Source of the DNA: an uncultured Verrucomicrobiae bacterium
Lineage (GTDB): Bacteria > Verrucomicrobiota > Verrucomicrobiia > Limisphaerales > Palsa-1400
Assembly (NCBI GenBank): GCA_963764165.1
Contig: CAVXRD010000004.1
Location: 480,001 to 544,000 of the forward strand
DNA length: 64,000 nt
Reading direction: 5' to 3'
Shown: in pieces, positions 19,753 to 29,767 of the stretch
Position numbering within the stretch: the first letter of the stretch is position 1
How the letters are laid out: each line of letters opens with the position of its first letter
Program-made: the position numbers and the translations under genes
The notes under the pieces: model-generated
Seen by the model: only the letters and a program-made list of their open reading frames with translations
Told to the model about the DNA's origin: nothing
Database searches by the model: none

Positions 19753-20129
19753 TCGAAACCAATTTGCCTCCCAAATATTATTGAGGGTTACACTCCCGGC
19801 GCGTTTGCAATCCGTTTGGCCGCAGACGGCGTCGGACAAAAGAGCCACAGTGCCAGATCAAGCCAGCCGCGCGATCAGTAGGGCATTGAGTCAACTATAA
19901 TAATTAGGCGGGAACCCTCTGGATCGGCCTATTATGCTTTCCAAAAAACAGGTGTGATTTACTGAGATTTGGTGAGATTTGCTGAGACTGGGTTGGAATC
20001 CGAGGCCCTTGTCTCTTTTTGACTCGCTTCGCCAAATCGGCCATTGGGTGGCATATGTATACATACCCCCCTAAAAAGCCGTCACACCCGTCACAATGTT
20101 GTCAATCAACGACTTAGTCCGTCACAAAT

Positions 20130-21465
20130 GGTTCCTCCACATTTTCAGTGGAATTAGTGCCGGGCTCTGGCTATGCCTTGGGCATGACGCCAGAAAAATT
20201 ATTTCACGAATTGTTGGGACTCGGAATGAAGTGGGAAGTCACCGAAAGCCGTTTTGAATCCAGCAGCGGGACGGTATCCTTGGAAATCCGTGAAACCTCG
20301 GAGCTATGGCCCACGCTTCGCTGCCCCAAGGACGGCGGATTGGTTTCTTGCTACGACCACACCGAATCGCTGACCTGGCGCCACCTCAATGTTTTCCAGC
20401 ATCGCTGTGAGATCACCTGCCGGCTGCCGCGCGGCAACTGCCGCCAGTGCGGCCATGTCTTTCGGGTGCGCCCGCCTTGGGAGGGGTTGAGCACTCACTT
20501 CACCAAAGGGTTCGAAGCCTTCGCGCTCCTGCTCATGCGCGAGATGCCCATGGCCAAAGTGGCCGAGGTGACCCAGGAGAGCGACATGCGCCTGTGGCGG
20601 ATGCTCTTCAAGCATGTGGAGGGCGCTTACGCCCAAGCCGATTTTAGCAACGTCTGCTGCGTGGGCGTCGACGAGATGGCCCTGCGCAAGGGCCAGCATT
20701 ACATGAGTGTCTTTGCCGATTTGGCGGCCAAGAAGGTGATCTTCGCCACCGAAGGCCACGGCCACCAGAACGTGGGAAGTGTTTGTCCAGGCCTTGGAGG
20801 CTCACAACGGCGATCCGCGCGCCATCACCCAGGTGAGCATGGATATGAGCGCGGGCTACCAGAAGGGAGTCCAGGAGAACTGCAAAAACGCGCGGGTCGT
20901 TTTTGATAAGTTTCACGTCTTGGCCAATGCCAGCAAGGCGGTGGACCAAGTGCGCCGGGCGGAGTCGCAGGTGGGCGGGCAGGAGGCGCGGGAGTCGCTG
21001 CGCAAGAGCCAGTGGCTCTGGCGCAAGAACCCGGAGAACCTCAACGAGGAGGAGGCGGCCCGGCTGGCCAAGATCGAAGAAAAAAATCTCTGCACCAGCA
21101 AGGCCTATCAGATGCGCCTGGTCCTGCAGGACATCTATCGCAGCCCCACCGCCGGAGAGGCTCAAAAGCGTTTTAAGATCTGGTGCCGCTGGGTGCGGTG
21201 GGTGGCGCGATTTTACAAGTCCTACATTTTCAAGGCCATGGTCAGGATGGCCGACCAGATCACCGATCACCTGCAGGGCATCCTGGCCCACTGGAAATCG
21301 GGATTGACCAACGCCTTTATGGAAGGACTCAACAGCGTCTTCAGCGCTGTCAAACGCAAGGCCCGCGGGTTTCGTTCCCCCGTTTACCTCACCACCATGC
21401 TCTATCTGGTGGCCGGAAAACTCCGCCTCCCCCATTTCTAATTCCACTGAAAACGTGGAGGAACC
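20130..21465 (+). mobile_element. ISL3 family insertion sequence (1336 bp)
   Basis: 27-bp terminal inverted repeats GGTTCCTCCAC(A/G)TTTTCAGTGGAATTA (1 mismatch); 8-bp target duplication TCACAAAT at 20122-20129 and 21466-21473. Confidence 0.95.
20184..21441 (+). pseudogene. ISL3 transposase, frameshifted at 20769-20770
   Basis: Zn-finger region, GVDE, SMDMS, VFDKFHV, TNAFMEGLNS...KRKARGFR. The halves join if one A is removed. Confidence 0.9.
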
Positions 21466-21796
21466 TCACAAATACCGTCACAAACCCTCACACCGACCCG
21501 TCACAAAATCGCCCCTGCCAGCCAGGCGCGCCCAAAACATGCCTGGCCGCAATATGAACTTGTGTGACGGGATTGTGGTCCAGTTTGGACATGCTCCTTC
21601 GTCGAGTATTGGGCTGGCGCCCGCGCGTGGGTGCAATGCGGTTTTTGCCGCAAAAAACAGAGGGTGCAATAGGGTGCAATAGCATGCAATGCCCCGCCGC
21701 AATTTGACGGGGCGGACCTGCGTGTCCGCCCAAATATTCAGTCCGAGCCCAGCGACAACCAATTTACGGTGGGATGCGGATATGTCTTTGCGGCCA

Positions 21797-21882
21797 CTCT
21801 GCGCACTCATCTTCTCTGCGCGAGAGTTCCTTTTGTGGTGCCATGAAACGCCATCGCGCGCGGAGTCGCCGAGAACGCAGAG
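21797..21882. repeat. REP-like CTCTGCG/CGCAGAG palindrome; same family as 59590-59753
   Basis: 27-bp CTCTGCGCACTCATCTTCTCTGCGCGA (21797-21823) is the exact reverse complement of 59727-59753. Confidence 0.75.
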
Positions 21883-22276
21883 ATTCCTCGCCGCCTGACA
21901 TGAACGCAAAATATCAAAGAACACGCCCTGATGGCGACAGGGTGAAAAATAACGCCGAAAGTCCTTCGTGTCAATTCAGCTTGTAATCGCACGTTTCTGT
22001 GGTATTGATGGTCTTGTGGCACGATTTTGGGGGAAAAATGCGAAAAACGGAATCTGGAACGCCCGAACTCAGGAGAAGTGATCGAAGTTGGACCCAAGCA
22101 CATCGTTAAATTGTATGCCTTGGCCAGTGAGCGCCGTTAGACACGACATATTTGTAGCAACCACGAAGAATGAGCCCCAAGCCCCGTAGGGCGCGACATA
22201 TTGGCAATGTCGCTTTTGCACCAAAACCAAAAGACCGGGAAATTCAACGCAAGGACGCCAAAGCGCAAGGGCACAG

Positions 22277-23980
22277 CGCGGCAAAGCCGCAACCAAAAAT
22301 AAGAGGAAAGCGCCGTCCGGTCTGGGTAAGATTGGATGTATGCAAAACAAACCGCTTACCCATGACGGCGCTTCCAACTCTTTTGTACACAAACATGCTT
22401 CCTCAATTCTAGGAGTTCTTTCGGGCTTTGATCGCCTGCGATTGCGCGGGACGCTGCGCCAGTTGTACGGCCCCCAGGTGATGGAGGCCTACTTGAACGC
22501 CTGCCACATTCTGATCAAGGATTTCAGCCAGTTGGTCGAACGGACCACCAAAGCGGTCAAAGACAAAGCCAGGGCCCTGGCACAAACAGCCGGGCGGCCT
22601 TTTCTTTTCGTCCCCTCCAGCCAAACCAGCAAGGAGGAGGTGGCGCGCAAGATTGCCGCCCGCGATAAAATCACCGAGGGACTGATCGCCATTCTCAATT
22701 GCACGGAACCCTGCATGTCCTTTCAAGTCGTCGGAAACCCCCAAACCAAACACATTGAGGTGAAGGTTCAGCAGCGCAAGTGCAGCCATCTTTATTTCTA
22801 TTTCGAGCATTCCAAGTTTGGCTTCATGCACCTGCGCCTGCAAACCTGGTTTCCCTTCCAGATTAATATCTGCCTCAATGGCCGGCATTGGCTGGGAAAG
22901 CAGTTGGATCAGGCAGGCATTGCCTATCAAAAGAAGGAGAACACCTTTTTGCGGGTGGCCGATATGGGGCGCGCTCAAGGCCTGCTGGACCAGCAACTGC
23001 AAACTGACTGGCCCAAGGAGCTGGGCCGGCTGCTCAATGAGGTTCATCCCCTGCACCGGTCGATTTGCCAGCCGCTGAACCTCAAATACTATTGGAGCGC
23101 TTCGGACACCGAATATGCCACCGATGTCATTTTCAAGGAGCCCGAGAGCCTGGCCCGGCTTTATCCCAGCCTGGTTCACCATGCCATCAGTTCCTTTTCC
23201 AGCGCGGACGTGATGAGGTTTTTGGGCCGATACGTTCCCATCAGCACGGGCAGGGTGTACGGCCAGTTTGAGGGCGAAATCACCAGCGACACCAAACGGC
23301 GGCCGGAGGGCGTGCGGGTCAAGCACAGTCTTAACGGCAACTCGATCAAATTTTACGACAAGCAGGGCTCGGTTTTGCGGATCGAAACGACGGTGACGCA
23401 CCCGGAGGAATTTAAAGTTTATCGCAAACCGGAAGGCCGGCCCAAGGAGGCCAAACGCTGGCTGACATTGCGCCGGGGGCTGGCCGACCTGAAACGGCGC
23501 AAAGAAATCTCTCACCGGGCCAATGAACGTTATTTGCAGGCGTTGGGATCCGTCAGCGGAACGGTGCCGCTGTTCCAATGGGTTGAAAAATGCTGCAAGC
23601 CCCTGCGGCAGGCGGGGCGGCGCTACCGCGCCCTCAATCCTTGGGCCCCGGAGGACGGACGCCTTTTGGAAATGGTCAGCCAGGGAGAGTACGCCCTCAA
23701 CGGCTTTCGCAGTCGAGACATTCGGCAGGCCTATTTTCCCAGCCGGTGCGATGACCGCGAACTCAAACGCAGAATGGGCTGGATTGGACGCCGACTGCGG
23801 CTCCTGCGAGCGCATGGCTTGATCGCCAAAGTCAGCGGCACCCACCGCTATGTTGTCACCGAGAAAGGGCGCACCACCATTACTGCGCTCTTGACCGCCC
23901 GCAAAGCGGACGTGGACAAATTGACCAAACTCGCCGCCTAAAACTTTGCCAAAAATGAAGAGTTTTCCGAAATAGCACTG
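22277..23980 (+). mobile_element. Unclassified IS-like element without evident terminal inverted repeats (boundaries approximate)
   Basis: Single 533-aa ORF preceded by hairpin GCGGC-AAA-GCCGC (22278-22290); sits between the two arms of a CGCAAAG/CTTTGCG REP-like palindrome. Confidence 0.6.
22340..23941 (+). CDS. Putative transposase with a Rep_trans-like 'KFYDK...LRIE' motif and C-terminal wHTH
   Basis: GFDRLRLRG, HLYFYF, LQTWFPF, SIKFYDKQGSVLRIETT, RLRLLRAHGLIAKVSGTHRYVVT; recognised as a family common in PVC genomes. Confidence 0.7.
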   Translation: MQNKPLTHDGASNSFVHKHASSILGVLSGFDRLRLRGTLRQLYGPQVMEAYLNACHILIKDFSQLVERTTKAVKDKARALAQTAGRPFLFVPSSQTSKEEVARKIAARDKITEGLIAILNCTEPCMSFQVVGNPQTKHIEVKVQQRKCSHLYFYFEHSKFGFMHLRLQTWFPFQINICLNGRHWLGKQLDQAGIAYQKKENTFLRVADMGRAQGLLDQQLQTDWPKELGRLLNEVHPLHRSICQPLNLKYYWSASDTEYATDVIFKEPESLARLYPSLVHHAISSFSSADVMRFLGRYVPISTGRVYGQFEGEITSDTKRRPEGVRVKHSLNGNSIKFYDKQGSVLRIETTVTHPEEFKVYRKPEGRPKEAKRWLTLRRGLADLKRRKEISHRANERYLQALGSVSGTVPLFQWVEKCCKPLRQAGRRYRALNPWAPEDGRLLEMVSQGEYALNGFRSRDIRQAYFPSRCDDRELKRRMGWIGRRLRLLRAHGLIAKVSGTHRYVVTEKGRTTITALLTARKADVDKLTKLAA

Positions 23981-24122
23981 CAAGGTTTTGGAGACAGACG
24001 TATCAATGCAAATTCCTTTGCGATTTTGCAACTTTGCGCCCTTGCGTTTAAACGGAGGCGGACGGGCCATTTTGCACGCCCCAGCCCTTGCAATGGCGCG
24101 TGAGGTTGACTAAAGTTCAGTC

Positions 24123-24437
24123 GTGAACGCTGTTGCGACACCGAACCATATTCACCTTGACGCCGAAGGGCGGGCCTGGATTGACGATAGCAACACCAAG
24201 GTTATCGAAGTTGTGTTGGATCACCTCGCCTATGGCTGGAGCGCGGATGAAATCCACGTCCAGCATCCACATCTTTCACTTGGGCAAATCCACGCCGCGC
24301 TTTCGTTCTATTTCGATCACCAGCCGGAATTCGACAGCCTGGTTGGGCAATCGCTTGAGCGGGCGAATAAGCGTGCCGCAGATTCCCAGGATTCACCCGG
24401 TCGCCGGCGGCTACGCGCACTGGGCAAGATTCGTTGA
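24123..24437 (+). CDS. DUF433 family antitoxin-like protein
   Basis: GRAWID...KVIEVV...GWSADEIH.QHPHLSLGQIHAALSFY. Confidence 0.85.
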   Translation: MNAVATPNHIHLDAEGRAWIDDSNTKVIEVVLDHLAYGWSADEIHVQHPHLSLGQIHAALSFYFDHQPEFDSLVGQSLERANKRAADSQDSPGRRRLRALGKIR

Positions 24438-24510
24438 GCGTTCGTCTCTACATGGATGTCCATGTTCCAGCGCAGCCCGCCAATTGTTCAATCGAGTCGA
24501 GTACCTGCCG
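24434..24510 (+). pseudogene. DUF5615/PIN toxin remnant with internal deletion
   Basis: TTG overlapping the DUF433 stop gives MSVRLYMDVHVPA; about 10 nt later another frame gives LFNRVEYLP, resembling the family C-terminus. Confidence 0.6.
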
Positions 24511-24549
24511 ACAGCGACCGATTTCCCCCTTGCGTTCATGCTGAAAAGT

Positions 24550-24804
24550 ATGCACTTTTCATCCGTGAAGGCGACGCAGACAGAACTGCGCAGAGACACT
24601 GGCCGCATTTTAGGAACAGTGATTCATGGACACCGCTCCGTCGAGCTTACCCAGCACGGGCAAACCGTGGCGGATATCCAGCCTCATGCAAAGCCATTAA
24701 GCGGCGCCGAATTTGCCCGCCGGTGGAAAAACCGCAAACCGCTGGACAAGGCAACGGCGCGAGAAATCGCCGCAGCGATCAAATCCGTAGGTCATCCTGC
24801 GTGA
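24550..24804 (+). CDS. Phd/YefM-like antitoxin
   Basis: KATQTELRRDTGRILGTV...VELTQHGQTVADIQP; alternative GTG start at 24565. Confidence 0.75.
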   Translation: MHFSSVKATQTELRRDTGRILGTVIHGHRSVELTQHGQTVADIQPHAKPLSGAEFARRWKNRKPLDKATAREIAAAIKSVGHPA

Positions 24805-24870
24805 GGTTTCTCATTGATACTTCCATCCTCATCGAAGCCGAGCGCCGGAGTTTTGGCCTTGGCGCTGGCT
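24801..24870 (+). pseudogene. VapC/PIN toxin 5' remnant
   Basis: GTGA-coupled start gives MRFLIDTSILIEAER, then similarity is lost and a stop occurs at 24932. Confidence 0.65.
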
Positions 24871-25041
24871 GCAGAAGGCCGAGGAAGTTCATAAATGCGA
24901 CGCGACTTGCCCCGTTTTGCCCCCTGAGGTGAGGCCCAATCCGCGCTGGAATTTCAAACCATCCTTGCAGTCGCATCCCATGAAATATATTACTTGATGG
25001 TCAAGGCGTCTGTTACCCTCAGCCGCTTCGTCGCACATAGC

Positions 25042-25848
25042 ATGAAGACAACACATCACGGATATTTTCAATCGCTAGCGCGTGAATTGGAGTCGCAAGC
25101 GTCACGCGTCCGCCAACTGATTGGTGACGGACATTGGGCCCACGACGGGCGGCATAAGGAAGTATTACTCCAAAGTCTTATCCGTCGCCACTGTCCGTCG
25201 ACCGTCCTTGTTAGCACTGGCTTTGTCGTTTCATCTAACGATCCCGAGGTTCGCAGTAAGGAGCAAGACGTGTTGATAATTAACACATCCACCGAAGCGC
25301 CATTATTTCACCAAGGAGACTTGACAGTTGTGTTTCCGCATACCGTCATTGCGGCAATTTCGGTTAAAACCACGATGAATGATGAAACCCTCAAAGATGT
25401 CGTCGACGGACTCGCCACTGTGCGGGAAACCGCGAGAGACTGTCAGTGCAAAGCAAACCGAATCTGTTGCTGCGGATTCTTTTTTAACATAAAGCCGATG
25501 ATTCGCCAAAAACCTGAGGCGATTTATAAAAGTCTTAAAAAGCACATTCGATCCCGGCCTATTAAACCACCGCTCCTAGAAGACGGCCTTCCTCATATTG
25601 CAGGTCCTGATGCAATCGTGGAAGCAAATGACCTGTCATTTCTGTTAGACTATACCGTTAATAATAATATATCCGCTGCAAAAGTCCGCGGTTTCGATTG
25701 CCCGGGACTTTCCACCGCTGTATTTCTTTCATGTCTATTAGAACACATTAACTTCTTTTTTGATCAAAGGCATTCGAAATTTAACGATTTACTTTCGAAT
25801 CAACGGCTCGAAAGCATTTCGCCTCCCGAGTTTCAGATTTTACCCTGA
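25042..25848 (+). CDS. DUF6602-like PD-(D/E)xK nuclease-fold protein
   Basis: HDGRHKEVLL...STGFVV...SKEQDVLI...PLF...AAISVKTT; more AT-rich than the flanks. Confidence 0.75.
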   Translation: MKTTHHGYFQSLARELESQASRVRQLIGDGHWAHDGRHKEVLLQSLIRRHCPSTVLVSTGFVVSSNDPEVRSKEQDVLIINTSTEAPLFHQGDLTVVFPHTVIAAISVKTTMNDETLKDVVDGLATVRETARDCQCKANRICCCGFFFNIKPMIRQKPEAIYKSLKKHIRSRPIKPPLLEDGLPHIAGPDAIVEANDLSFLLDYTVNNNISAAKVRGFDCPGLSTAVFLSCLLEHINFFFDQRHSKFNDLLSNQRLESISPPEFQILP

Positions 25849-25858
25849 CTCTTCGCCT

Positions 25859-28800
25859 TCACGTTAAGCTTTGCACCGCGATTGGTCCCGCAAAAGCGAT
25901 AGCAATATAAGCATGAGCAATCTCTCCCTGCCTCGGCCATCGCTCATGACGACTGAGCAAAAAATCCCGACCGAATTCCTCAACTTTGAGGTAGTGCACT
26001 TCGGAATCACCGGTTATCACGCCCTGTACGGTCTTACGCACGCCCTCGCTATCGAGCAACACAGCACGAGGGTCATGCAACTGTTCCCGTGGAATCCGAG
26101 CCCTACGCAACTGAGAGAACATGGGCTCGGCCTCGGCCCACTTATGTTGTTGAACCAACGCGACCGCGCATACAAATTTGTAAAATGGATCGCCGGAATA
26201 TTTTGCTGTCGCCAGAACTGTTCTTCCCAATTCGAACAAAAATGCCCAATCAATAACGCGGTTTCGCACCTTAGAATCGTAACGGCTCACATTCCATTCG
26301 TAGTAGATGCTAGCCGCTGCCGCACACAAATCCCCCGACGGCGATAGGTTCTCCGCTTGAACCATCTCAATGATCCTTTTACAATACGCAAATGCGTCGT
26401 TATATGCACTTCCCGCGTTCTTCTCGCGGGCCACATTTAACATTTTGCGCGCGGCTATAACAAAACCCTCTGGCCTCTTGAACTGCAGCCATAAGTCTTC
26501 GGCGCTCGCCTTAAGTTCGTCCAAAGGCGCCGTCCTTGCCTGCAATTTCCCCGATATGTCCTCCAAAAATTCAATATCTTTTGTTGGTTGGTCACGAGCT
26601 GGTCGCAATGGGTTCTTAAGTACAAGAAGTGACGAATCCACTGCGTCCAGCGCTTGATTCAATAAAGTAAAAATATCCGCCGAAGCGATATCATTCAGTT
26701 CCGAAATCAACCTCAGCATAAGATTTGCCTGAACATGCACCGCCCGCGAATTAAAAAACGCATCAGAACGCGCGTGGTCTAAATGACGCAATATCTCCGG
26801 CAAGCTCTCTTCGAGCCGTACGCGCCCAGCGTCCGCAGCATCGAGAATCGTAGCTGCCAAAGACGTATGCACGTGCTCATCGGCTTCAACGCGGTCGGTG
26901 TACGGATAACTCCTCGTCACAAGCGCCGTTTCCAAAACCGACTTTGCGAATAAAGGATCATTCCCTTTTGACTTAATCCACAACCCTTTTTGATGAACTA
27001 ACGTCCGGTCCGGTAGCGGCAACGCAGAAAGCGCAGTATCATAGAGCTGCAGTCCGTCCGAGTACTCTAAATGGTTCAATTTGCTACAGGGAACCAATAT
27101 ACTAACAGAGAACTCCCTATAAACCAAACTCGTCCCGGTGCATGCTTTGAGAAGAGTCAAAAGACGTTCGACCTCACCAGTATGTGCTAACTTGCCGCCG
27201 TTGATCGTCTCTATTAAAGTGCGCGTTACAACAGAGTTACGAGGTCTGTAGCATTTTGTTGCGCCATCTGGAGTCGCTTCACCATACAACAAGCCCCACG
27301 CTGGGCCCTTTTGATCAACCGCATCTACCCACTCTCGGTAAGAAATGTCTAATGCCGACACCAGCACCTCGACTGGCAGCGGCGTGTGGTAGTGATCGCA
27401 CACCGCAGCCATCGCGTAAGCTTGCTTTAAGAAGGCCGAGGTTTTGTTATATGCACCGATAATAACACGTGACAATCCACCCCGCTCTCCCAAACGCAAA
27501 TATTCCTCTTGAATACTCGCCTCGATACTTTGTCGGGTCTTTGGCAAGAGCCAATATAGGAGGCCAAGCGTATCCGCCGTCCCGCGACTCGGGAAATTGG
27601 CAAGTTCAGCCTGCGCCTTGCCCTTATCAGGGAATACATTCAGGTGAACCAAATAATTTGGAAAGCTAGCTATCTCCTGCGCGTCGAAATCATCGAGCAA
27701 ATTGAACTCGCGCTGCAATTCGAGCGTGCCAATCAAATCTTCAGGGTCGTTCGTCTTCCAGTCAGAAGTTCGTACAACAACGACAAATGTGCATCGAATA
27801 CCGTTGTTTTGTGCGCTTGCGGCGATCGACGACACGGACAAAGAACCTAATCCAACTGGATCATCAATAAAAAAGAAAACGCGCCGCTTATTGTCTGTAA
27901 TACTGCTAAGTGTCTTAAAAAAATGACCTAGTGATGTTTGAACATTCGGATAAAAGGATCTACGAAACCAAAAGACAAGATTTCCTTTAAACGCTAGGTC
28001 ATACGCCAATCTTTTTGCTATCGTGGTTTTGCCGGATGCCGCGCTGCCAACCAGAGCGTACACAGGCAATGCTCGAGTTATTCGTGGTGGTTTCAAAATA
28101 CTGTCTTGCAATTGGTTCTCAATTGTCCGGCGGAAATCTAGCTTGTGAAAGAACGGATCCCAAGATGGAAGATTCGGGGAAAACAGCAAATCTAATAATC
28201 GCACCCTTTCTCCCTCGCTTATTTGCGATACAAGTTGCGCATTGACAACGGTGACGATATCATTAAAAGGTATCAGCCGATCAAACTCTGATTCTTTCTT
28301 GTACAAGGCAAGTGGCTGCGTTTGTCCAGCTCCTTCCAAATCCTTCAATCGACTTATCAACTCGGGGAGACCTGCGTCCACAAAAACTACATGCAACTTT
28401 CCCGAGGTTAGCTGAAGAATAGCATTATACTCCTTTTGCGTAAATTCGGTCTTTACCAAAACCAGCGGATCTATGAAAGTCTTTCGGTCTGATAACATTT
28501 GCGACAAAAGATCAATGAAAGACCAAAGACTGCCTTTTAGGCCGAGGCATACGACGGGGTTGCCTTGCACCTTATCGGCAAAATCTTGAACGGCAAAACG
28601 CCACGTTGGGCGCCGCGCAGTGTAAATCAAGTCCGTGTATACGAAATGTTCTTCAGTATTACCAAGCAATTTAAATATTGGTACACACTTCGGCGGTAAA
28701 GGTTGGGGAAAATCCAGCACCTGTGTTGGAATCGACGCTGTAGGCTTTCGCTCTCGCTCTCTTAACAGTTCTTGATCAAAAATGGAATCTATAGCTAAGG

Positions 28801-29098
28801 AGATTACAGCAGACCATTTCAACGCGGAAATTCGTTTGATGTATTGATAGGCTTTCTGTCCTTTCAGGAATGCCTGAATAAACCCCTTTATGTCGTTTGG
28901 ATCGATCCCCTGATCCACCGCGTGCTGTGCGTTCTGCAGATAGTTCTGAGTGCCATTCCCTCCCCATTTTGACGCGATCCCCGCTGACAAGTCGTGGTAA
29001 AAATCGCCTTCCGCGGTGATCCCGGGCCCGAAAATTAACCCCATCCGGCCGCGGAACAGCGGCTCGGCTTCGTCAATCGTAATGGTTTGCACGCCCAT
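25859..29098 (-). CDS. SIR2-like (degenerate) + STAND P-loop NTPase + TPR-like + OB-fold protein, probable anti-phage sensor
   Basis: N-terminal GLIFGPGIT, WSAVISLAID, PIFKLLG; Walker A GSAASGKTT; Walker B VFFFIDD; helical repeats; C-terminal AYIAIAFAGPIA. Confidence 0.75.
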   Translation of the reverse strand: MGVQTITIDEAEPLFRGRMGLIFGPGITAEGDFYHDLSAGIASKWGGNGTQNYLQNAQHAVDQGIDPNDIKGFIQAFLKGQKAYQYIKRISALKWSAVISLAIDSIFDQELLRERERKPTASIPTQVLDFPQPLPPKCVPIFKLLGNTEEHFVYTDLIYTARRPTWRFAVQDFADKVQGNPVVCLGLKGSLWSFIDLLSQMLSDRKTFIDPLVLVKTEFTQKEYNAILQLTSGKLHVVFVDAGLPELISRLKDLEGAGQTQPLALYKKESEFDRLIPFNDIVTVVNAQLVSQISEGERVRLLDLLFSPNLPSWDPFFHKLDFRRTIENQLQDSILKPPRITRALPVYALVGSAASGKTTIAKRLAYDLAFKGNLVFWFRRSFYPNVQTSLGHFFKTLSSITDNKRRVFFFIDDPVGLGSLSVSSIAASAQNNGIRCTFVVVVRTSDWKTNDPEDLIGTLELQREFNLLDDFDAQEIASFPNYLVHLNVFPDKGKAQAELANFPSRGTADTLGLLYWLLPKTRQSIEASIQEEYLRLGERGGLSRVIIGAYNKTSAFLKQAYAMAAVCDHYHTPLPVEVLVSALDISYREWVDAVDQKGPAWGLLYGEATPDGATKCYRPRNSVVTRTLIETINGGKLAHTGEVERLLTLLKACTGTSLVYREFSVSILVPCSKLNHLEYSDGLQLYDTALSALPLPDRTLVHQKGLWIKSKGNDPLFAKSVLETALVTRSYPYTDRVEADEHVHTSLAATILDAADAGRVRLEESLPEILRHLDHARSDAFFNSRAVHVQANLMLRLISELNDIASADIFTLLNQALDAVDSSLLVLKNPLRPARDQPTKDIEFLEDISGKLQARTAPLDELKASAEDLWLQFKRPEGFVIAARKMLNVAREKNAGSAYNDAFAYCKRIIEMVQAENLSPSGDLCAAAASIYYEWNVSRYDSKVRNRVIDWAFLFELGRTVLATAKYSGDPFYKFVCAVALVQQHKWAEAEPMFSQLRRARIPREQLHDPRAVLLDSEGVRKTVQGVITGDSEVHYLKVEEFGRDFLLSRHERWPRQGEIAHAYIAIAFAGPIAVQSLT

Positions 29099-29277
29099 CT
29101 GCTTCCGAGTACGAGACTACGCCCGAATATCCCGAAGAAGCAAACCCATTCTGCCTACTGATCCAGTTTCTGCTGACGCCCCTTTTGAACGCGATCTGGG
29201 TCGGTCCATCAAGGGTGAACGGCAAACGCGCATTTCGGATTTGGATTCTGCTTTGGCGCGGGTATCCTCTGAGCGAC

Positions 29278-29538
29278 ATGCCCACCCGTGCCGCGAAGCC
29301 AAGGAATCGGAACGCGCAAGCCATAATTTTGCGACGACACATTGGTCGGTGGTTTTGGCTGCGGGGCGGCAGGACACCGCTCGCGCTCGCGGAGCTTTGG
29401 AGAACCTTTGCCAGACTTACTGGTTTCCGCTCTATGCTTATGTTCGGCGAAATGGGCGGCCTCCGGAAGGTGCCAAAGATCTGACGCAGGGTTTTTTTAT
29501 TCGGCTGATAGACCATCAATCGCTGGCCAATGCCGACG
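29278..29538 (+). pseudogene. ECF sigma factor 5' fragment
   Basis: FATTHWSVVLAAG...ALENLCQTYWFPLYAYVRR.G...AKDLTQGFF; cut off at the junction with the relB copy. Confidence 0.75.
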
Positions 29539-29548
29539 GTTCTTATCC

Positions 29549-29767
29549 CTAAAACTCATCCGCCAGCGAATTGCGGCGGGCGGGCGGGCTCAGAACCTCG
29601 TCTTCCGGGCTGTCTGCCTGGACAGGGAACGGGATGGCCCGCCGTGTCATGATCTGCTTGTAAAAAAGCTCCAATGCCGCCCGCGGTTTCAGGCCAATCT
29701 CTTCCAAGACGGCTTCAGCCTGGCGTTTTAGCACGGGGTCAATACGGCTTCTGGCTCCTGCGCCCAT
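29549..29767 (-). CDS. RelB/DinJ family antitoxin, orphan copy
   Basis: ARSRIDPVLKRQAEAVLEEIGL...AIPF; near-identical to 36701-36919. Confidence 0.85.
   Translation of the reverse strand: MGAGARSRIDPVLKRQAEAVLEEIGLKPRAALELFYKQIMTRRAIPFPVQADSPEDEVLSPPARRNSLADEF

Larger units (their letters stand above)
19990..21700. repeat. Iteron-like repeat cassette A (CGTCACA repeats, then GGGTGCAAT repeats), interrupted by ISL3
   Basis: Multiple (C)GTCACA copies on both sides of the IS, inverted TGTGACGG, three GGGTGCAAT; shares scaffold and a 24-bp exact sequence with cassette B. Confidence 0.6.

Noticed and set aside
20760..20780. Programmed frameshift in the ISL3 transposase
   Set aside because: No slippery heptamer, ISL3 normally uses a single ORF, and similar +1 indels occur elsewhere in the window.
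19950..22340. Possible CRISPR array
   Set aside because: Repeats are 6-10 bp and irregularly spaced; no constant repeat-spacer period and no cas genes.
24133..24804. 223-aa ORF
   Set aside because: Overlaps DUF433 out of frame; only the last 80-84 codons look like a Phd antitoxin.
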